Shown here: positions 58,709 through 64,000 of the stretch, one piece after another | Numbering within the stretch: position 1 is the first letter of the stretch | How the letters are laid out: every line of letters begins with the position of its first letter | Assembly (NCBI GenBank): GCA_963842945.1 | Contig: CAWJIM010000019.1 | Coordinates: forward strand, 672,001-736,000 | Direction: 5' to 3' | Length of the DNA: 64,000 bases | From: an uncultured Gemmatimonadales bacterium | GTDB taxonomy: Bacteria; Gemmatimonadota; Gemmatimonadetes; Gemmatimonadales; GWC2-71-9 | The notes under the pieces: generated by a model | Told to the model about the DNA's origin: nothing | Seen by the model: the letters and a program-made list of their open reading frames with translations, nothing else | Databases searched by the model: none | Program-made: the position numbers and the translations under genes

Positions 58709-61285
58709 GTGAAGCACATCCAGACGCTCGGCGGGATGGCGGTGTTCGACGATGGCCGCCCGCTGGGCGGCAACGCCAAGCAGCCGCGGCGTCTCGCGGT
58801 CCTCGCGATCCTGGCCCGCGCCGGCGAGCGCGGGGTGAACCGGGACCGCCTGGCGGCACTGCTCTGGGGGGAGCAGGAGGAGGAGCGCGCTCGCCGCAGT
58901 CTCAACCAGGCGCTCTACGCCCTGCGCCAGGAGCTGGGCTCCGAGGAGGCCATCCTCGGCACCCGCGACCTGCGGCTCAATCCCGAACTGATCGAGGTGG
59001 ATCTGGCGGCCTTCGAGACCGCGCGCGCGTCGGGCGCGTTCGAGGAGGCCGCGCGGCTGTACGCCGGCCCGTTTCTGGGCGACTTCCATCTGCCGGGCGC
59101 GCCGGACTTCGCCCGCTGGGCGGAGGAGGAGCGGGAAGGGATCGCGGCCGACTACCGCGCGCTGCTCGAGGCGGCCGCGGCTTCGGCCACTGGGCGCCAG
59201 GACCGGGGTGGCGCGGTCCTCTGGTGGCGCCGGCTGGCGGCGCTCGACCCGACCGATGCCCGTGCCGCGCAGGGACTGATGCGGGCGCTGGCGGTCGCGG
59301 GCGATGCGCCGGGAGCGCTCCGCCACGCGGAGATCGTGCAGCAGATCCGGCAGCAGGAGCTGGAGCTGCCGCCGGACGCGGAGGTCGCGGCGCTCGCGGA
59401 GCGGATCCGCCGGGGAGAAGTGGCGGCTCCTCCCGCGGAGACGCCGCCGGCGCCGGCGCAGGCGGCGGTGGCTCCGAGCGGGGCGCCTCCAACCATCGAG
59501 CCTCTCCCTTCGGCCGCACCCACCGTACCTCGCCGCCGAGCCTTCGGCGCGCGCGCCGCCGCGTTGGCCGTCGTGCTGCTGCTGGGACTGCTCGTCTGGC
59601 GCTGGACCCGGCGGACCGAGCCGCCGGTGGAGTCACGCCGCCTCGCCGTGCTCCCGTTCGAGAACCTCGGCGACTCGGCCGACGCGTATTTCGCCGACGG
59701 CGTGACCGACGAGATCCGTGGCAAGCTGGCCGCGGTGCCCGGGCTGGAGGTGGTCGCCAGCCTCAGCTCGAACGACTATCGCGGCAGCACGCGGGGGCTG
59801 TCGGAGGTCGCCCGGGAGCTGGGCGTGGACTACCTCCTGATCGGGAAGATCCGATGGCAGCGGCGGCCGGAGGGGATGAGCCGGGTGCGGGTGAATCCCG
59901 AGCTGATCCGCTTCGCCCCCGGCGCGCCGCCGACGACGCGCTGGCAGCAGCCGATCGACGCCGCGCTCACCGACGTGTTCGCCGTCCAGGCGGACATCGC
60001 CGGCAAGGTGGCCGACGCGCTCGGCGTGGTGCTGGGCGACAGCGCCCGGCGCGAGCTGACGGCGAAGCCCACCGAGAACCTGGCGGCGTACGACGAGTAC
60101 CTGAAGGGCGAAGCGGCCGCGCAGGAGATGAAGGCCGACCAGGCCGGCCTGCGGCGGGCGATCGGCTTCTTCCAGCGTGCGGTGTCGCTCGACTCGACCT
60201 TCGCGCAGGCGTGGAGCCAGCTCTCGCGAGCCCGCACCTCGCTCTACTCCAACGGCGTGCCCGACCAGGCGCTGGCCGACGCGGCGCGGACGGCGCTCGA
60301 GCGGGCGCGCGCGCTCCGGCCCGACGATCCGCTGGTCTACCTCGCCGCCGGCGACTTCTACAGCAGCGTCAACCCGATCGAGAACGACCGCGCGATGGAG
60401 GAGTACGAGCGCGGGCTGCGCCTCGCGCCCGACGACGTGGAGCTGCTGAGCGCGGCGGCGACGGCCGGGGGGAGGCTGCAGCGCTGGGACGCCATCGCCC
60501 CGCGGCTCGACCGCGCCCTGCGGCTCGATCCCCGCTCGCCTACCGTGGCGCGCCGGGTGGCCACGGTGGACCTCTTCCTCCGACGGTACGACGCCGCCGA
60601 CTCGGCCGTGGACCGGGCGATGGCGCTGGCGCCCACCAACCCGCAGATGGTGCTGGTCAAGGTGATGGTGGCCGTGGCGCGGGGCGATCTCCCCGGCGCG
60701 CGCGCCGTGGTCCGAGCTGCCGCGGGCCGGATCGACGCCACGACGCTCTTCACCTTCCTGGCCACATACCAGGACCTCTACTGGGTGCTGGACGACGCGC
60801 AGCAGAAGTGGGTGCTGGAGCTGCCGCCGAGCGCGTTCGACGACGACCGCGGCGTATGGGGGGTCGTGCGGAGCGAGATCTACCAGCTCCGCGGCGACCG
60901 GCGCCGCGCCGCCGCCTACGCCGATTCGGCGCGCTCCACGCTGGAAGCGCAGAGCCGGGCCGCGCCCGACGACGGACAGCGTCACGCGCTGCTCGGGCTG
61001 GCGCTGGCCTTCCTGGGACGGAAGGCGGAGGCGATCGAGGAGGGCCGGCGCGCAGTCGAAGCGCTCCCGGTCGAGCGCGACGGCTTCCTGGGTCCCTACG
61101 TCCAGCTCCAGCTGGTCAGGATCTACCTGCTGAGCGGCGAGCCCGACCGGGCGCTCGACCAGCTCGAGCCGCTGCTCCGCATTCCTTTCTATCTGTCCCC
61201 GGGATGGCTGCGCCTCGATCCGGCATTCGAGCCGGTGCGGACCCATCCGCGGTTCGAGCGGCTGCTCGCCGGCCCTCACGCCTGA
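58709..61285 (+). CDS. SARP/BTAD-type regulator fused to TM helix, TolB-like and TPR regions
   Basis: RLAVLAIL, RDRLAALLWG...ARRSLNQALYALR, LYAGPFLGDF, LAVLPFENLG...FADGVTDEI, LRLDPAFEPVRTHPRF. Confidence 0.9.
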   Translation: MKHIQTLGGMAVFDDGRPLGGNAKQPRRLAVLAILARAGERGVNRDRLAALLWGEQEEERARRSLNQALYALRQELGSEEAILGTRDLRLNPELIEVDLAAFETARASGAFEEAARLYAGPFLGDFHLPGAPDFARWAEEEREGIAADYRALLEAAAASATGRQDRGGAVLWWRRLAALDPTDARAAQGLMRALAVAGDAPGALRHAEIVQQIRQQELELPPDAEVAALAERIRRGEVAAPPAETPPAPAQAAVAPSGAPPTIEPLPSAAPTVPRRRAFGARAAALAVVLLLGLLVWRWTRRTEPPVESRRLAVLPFENLGDSADAYFADGVTDEIRGKLAAVPGLEVVASLSSNDYRGSTRGLSEVARELGVDYLLIGKIRWQRRPEGMSRVRVNPELIRFAPGAPPTTRWQQPIDAALTDVFAVQADIAGKVADALGVVLGDSARRELTAKPTENLAAYDEYLKGEAAAQEMKADQAGLRRAIGFFQRAVSLDSTFAQAWSQLSRARTSLYSNGVPDQALADAARTALERARALRPDDPLVYLAAGDFYSSVNPIENDRAMEEYERGLRLAPDDVELLSAAATAGGRLQRWDAIAPRLDRALRLDPRSPTVARRVATVDLFLRRYDAADSAVDRAMALAPTNPQMVLVKVMVAVARGDLPGARAVVRAAAGRIDATTLFTFLATYQDLYWVLDDAQQKWVLELPPSAFDDDRGVWGVVRSEIYQLRGDRRRAAAYADSARSTLEAQSRAAPDDGQRHALLGLALAFLGRKAEAIEEGRRAVEALPVERDGFLGPYVQLQLVRIYLLSGEPDRALDQLEPLLRIPFYLSPGWLRLDPAFEPVRTHPRFERLLAGPHA

Positions 61286-61317
61286 TATGAGGGGCGGGCG
61301 CCAGCCTGCCCCTCATA
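61286..61317. terminator. Hairpin between convergent genes
   Basis: tatgaggggcgggc-gcca-gcctgcccctcata. Confidence 0.7.
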
Positions 61318-61321
61318 GCAC

Positions 61322-62191
61322 TTACCTCCGACAACCCATCCCCATCGGCCCCATCGGCATGCCCATGGCTTGCGCCTGCAGGCCCATGAGGCGCTGCATG
61401 CGCTCGGCGTGCGCCTGCATCCGGGATCGCAAGCTGTCGCCCTGGAGTTTCGGGAGCTCGGCCATGTCCCGCTTCACCGAATCGCGGAGCGCCGTCCATT
61501 CCGAGCTCGGAGCAGCGCCGTGTGCACGCATGTTGGCCATCATCGCGTCCATCATCTGCGTCGACATGCGCGTGTGCATCGCCCACATGCGCTGTCGCTG
61601 CTGTGCCGACATGTGACCCGCCGAGTCCAGCATCCAGCACCCGCCGGGCATGGCCGCCCATCCGCCGCCGGACATCATGCCCAGGCCGAGCACCATCATA
61701 CGGCGCATGCGGTCGATGTGCGCTTGCGAGCGGCTGGCCAGGTCCCTTTCTGAAAGGCCCGGCATCGTCGACAAGTCGTTCTGGATCGAGTCTCGCAAAG
61801 CCCTCCACGGTGAGCCCCGACCCATGCCCATACCGCCGGCCATCATGCCCGGTCCCATCGTGCCGGTTGGACCCATCATCTGCATCATCCGCCTCGCCAT
61901 CTGCTGGTGGGCAGTCATCATCTGTTGCATCTGCGCTGGCGACGACCGAGCCATCGAGTCCAGGTGCATCCACATCATTGGCATGAAGCGGATGGCCTGG
62001 GAATCGACCGCCGCCGGCTGTCTTGTAGCGACGGTGTCTCGGGTCATTCCGGCCGTGTCCTGCGCCGCTGGCGGTGCTGAGGCTTGAGAACCCTCCGGCG
62101 TACGGCTACCACCTCGTCCACATCCCGCATACCAGGGTAGCAACGCCAGGCACAAGAGCATCTTGGCATTGGTGTTCATTGGCATCTCCAT
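61322..62191 (-). CDS. Met-rich lipoprotein with an internal duplicated helical domain
   Basis: Lipobox YAGC; WRALRDSIQNDL..MP.L....L..R.QAH..RM motif occurs twice; start could be 62191, 62185 or 62179. Confidence 0.75.
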   Translation of the reverse strand: MEMPMNTNAKMLLCLALLPWYAGCGRGGSRTPEGSQASAPPAAQDTAGMTRDTVATRQPAAVDSQAIRFMPMMWMHLDSMARSSPAQMQQMMTAHQQMARRMMQMMGPTGTMGPGMMAGGMGMGRGSPWRALRDSIQNDLSTMPGLSERDLASRSQAHIDRMRRMMVLGLGMMSGGGWAAMPGGCWMLDSAGHMSAQQRQRMWAMHTRMSTQMMDAMMANMRAHGAAPSSEWTALRDSVKRDMAELPKLQGDSLRSRMQAHAERMQRLMGLQAQAMGMPMGPMGMGCRR

Positions 62192-62251
62192 TCCCCGTGT
62201 CGTGCGCCAGACAGCGCGACATTCGCGCGGTCGGCCGGTGCGAAGCTTCGC

Positions 62252-62476
62252 TCAGGCTGCGCGGGGCCTCGGCGTCCGCTCGGCCTCAGGCTGGGCAAGC
62301 CCGAGCCGCTCCAGGATCGTCTCCATCAGACACCAGTGAGTGAAGGCCGACTGGATCAGGTTCACCCCCACGAACGCGGTGAACAGGAACCACAGCGGGT
62401 TCACCCAGTATCCCAGCGCGAGCGAGAGCAGTACGAACACGCCCGCGACCAGGCGAATGGCATAGTGCATCGGCAT
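62252..62476 (-). CDS. DUF2892 (YgaP-like) membrane protein
   Basis: [13 protein letters not shown]...[24 protein letters not shown]. Confidence 0.88.
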   Translation of the reverse strand: MPMHYAIRLVAGVFVLLSLALGYWVNPLWFLFTAFVGVNLIQSAFTHWCLMETILERLGLAQPEAERTPRPRAA

Positions 62477-62484
62477 ACGTCCTC

Positions 62485-64000
62485 CTTATGGCGTCGCGCC
62501 GCCTGCTGGGCGGGACCGCGCCCACCAGGTCGGCGTAGAGCAGGGGAATGGCGACGAGGGTCAGCAGGGTGGCGACCACCGCGCCCGAGATCATGGCGAT
62601 GCCGAGCCCCTGGAAGATCGGATCGCCGACCATCACCGCACCGCCGACCACCACGGCGGCCGCGGTGAGCAGGATGGGCCGGGCCCGGACCGCGCCGGCC
62701 TCGACCACCGCCTCCGACAGTCGGCGCGCCGCGGGCCCGGGCCAGCTCGATGAAGTCCACCAGCAGGATCGAGTTGCGGACGATGATCCCGGCGAGCGCG
62801 ATCATCCCGATCATCGAGGTGGCGGTGAAGAAGGCGCCGCTGAGCCAGTGGGCCGGAAGGATCCCGGCCAGGGTGAGCGGGATCGGCGCCATGATGACCA
62901 GCGGGATCAGGTAGGACTGGAACCAGGCGACCACCAGCAGGTAGATCAGCACCAGCACCGCGGCGAACGCGATGCCGAGATCGCGGAACACCTCGTAGGT
63001 GATCCGCCACTCGCCGTCCCAGTTGAGGCTCACCTGCTCGGTGAGCTCGGCGGGACCCGCCCAGGTGGTCGCGATCCCCGCCGTTCGCCAGCCGGTCCTC
63101 CATCGCCAGCATGGCGTAGGCCGGCGACTCGAGCTCCCGCGCCACGTCCGCCGGTCACGTAGACCACCGGCTTGAGATCCTTCCGGTAGATCGGCTGCGG
63201 CGCGGCGCGCTCCTCCAGCACCGCCACCGCCGTGGCGGGGACCAGCGCGCCGGCGCGGGTGGGGAGCGCGCAGGTTGCGCACCGCCTCGCTGCCGGCGCG
63301 GTCGGCCGCGGCGAAGCGCACCACGATGCCCACCGGATCGGCGGCACGAGGATCGTGCAGGGCGCCCGCGGGCACCCCGCCCACCGCCGGTCATGGCCCG
63401 CGCCACCTCGGCCGGCGCGAGCCCGGCGAGCGCCGCCGCGTCGGGGACGGCGGAGAGGTGCAGCTCGGAGTGCTCGGCCCGGAGCGACCAGTCCACGTCC
63501 ACCACGCCCGGCACCGAGTCGAACACGCCGCGCACCACCTCCGCCGCCGCGCGGCGCGCCTCCGGGGTCGGCCCGTAGACCTCGGCGGTGAGGGTCGCGA
63601 GCACCGGCGGGCCAGGCGGGATCTCGGCCACCTTCGCGCTGCGCGCCGTAGCGGCGGGCCACCTCCTCGACCAGCGGCCGCAGCCGCACCGCCACGGCGT
63701 GGCTCTGCGCCTCGCGCTCATGGCGCGAGCGCAGGTTCACCTGGACGTCCGCGACGGCCGGGCCCTGGCGGAGGAAGTAGTGCCGCACCAGGCCGTTGAA
63801 GTTGAACGGCGCGGCCACGCCGGCGTACACCTGCACGTCGCGCACGTCGGCGTCCGCCAGCAGCCGCTCGGCGATCTCCTGCGCCCCGCGGGCCGAGGTC
63901 TCGAGCGTGGTGCCCGCCGGGAAGTCGAGCACCACCTGGAACTCGCTCTTGTTGTCGAAGGGGAGCATCTTGACCGTCACCGCGCGCACCAGCACGAGGC
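62485..64000 (-). CDS. RND efflux permease (AcrB/CusA superfamily), C-terminal part; frameshifted, runs off the right edge
   Basis: [72 protein letters not shown]. Confidence 0.9.

Overview
GC-rich bacterial chromosome segment. The gene families (Ser/Thr kinase-TolB-TPR and BTAD-TPR proteins, ADOP permease, lipoproteins, stand-alone F0+delta atp operon) suggest Gemmatimonadota; this is inference, not a database result. Many genes carry single-base frameshifts, typical of unpolished long-read data. Core-like blocks: 1-26.5 kb (IDH-family enzyme, SDR, cstA, MFS, ATP-grasp, nucleotidyltransferase, Lrp/EamA, atpZ/I-B-E-F-H, MoxR) and 38.4-48.7 kb (two CPA1 antiporters, ADOP permease, hybrid kinase). 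Main observation: the CPA1 antiporter-rhodanese gene (-, 40060-38444) has an in-frame TGA in a YCT-U-KDEATSARVA motif, so it is probably a selenoprotein. Its 3' end, starting exactly at that TGA and the hairpin after it, occurs three times in direct orientation (38581, 33694, 26676; 44 nt identical). These copies bound two tandem accessory blocks of about 4.9 and 7.0 kb (kinase/receivers; copper-resistance module). This is the attL/attR pattern of islands that integrate at a selenocysteine codon/SECIS and supply a replacement C-terminus. No integrase is visible in the window. Second observation: a small GIY-YIG nuclease gene is bracketed by a 32-bp inverted pair of TGTCAT-type REP palindromes (7653-8027), and a gene-less doublet of the same repeat sits at 24045-24136, resembling an autonomous/non-autonomous REP element pair. 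No rRNA, intact tRNA or CRISPR array was seen.
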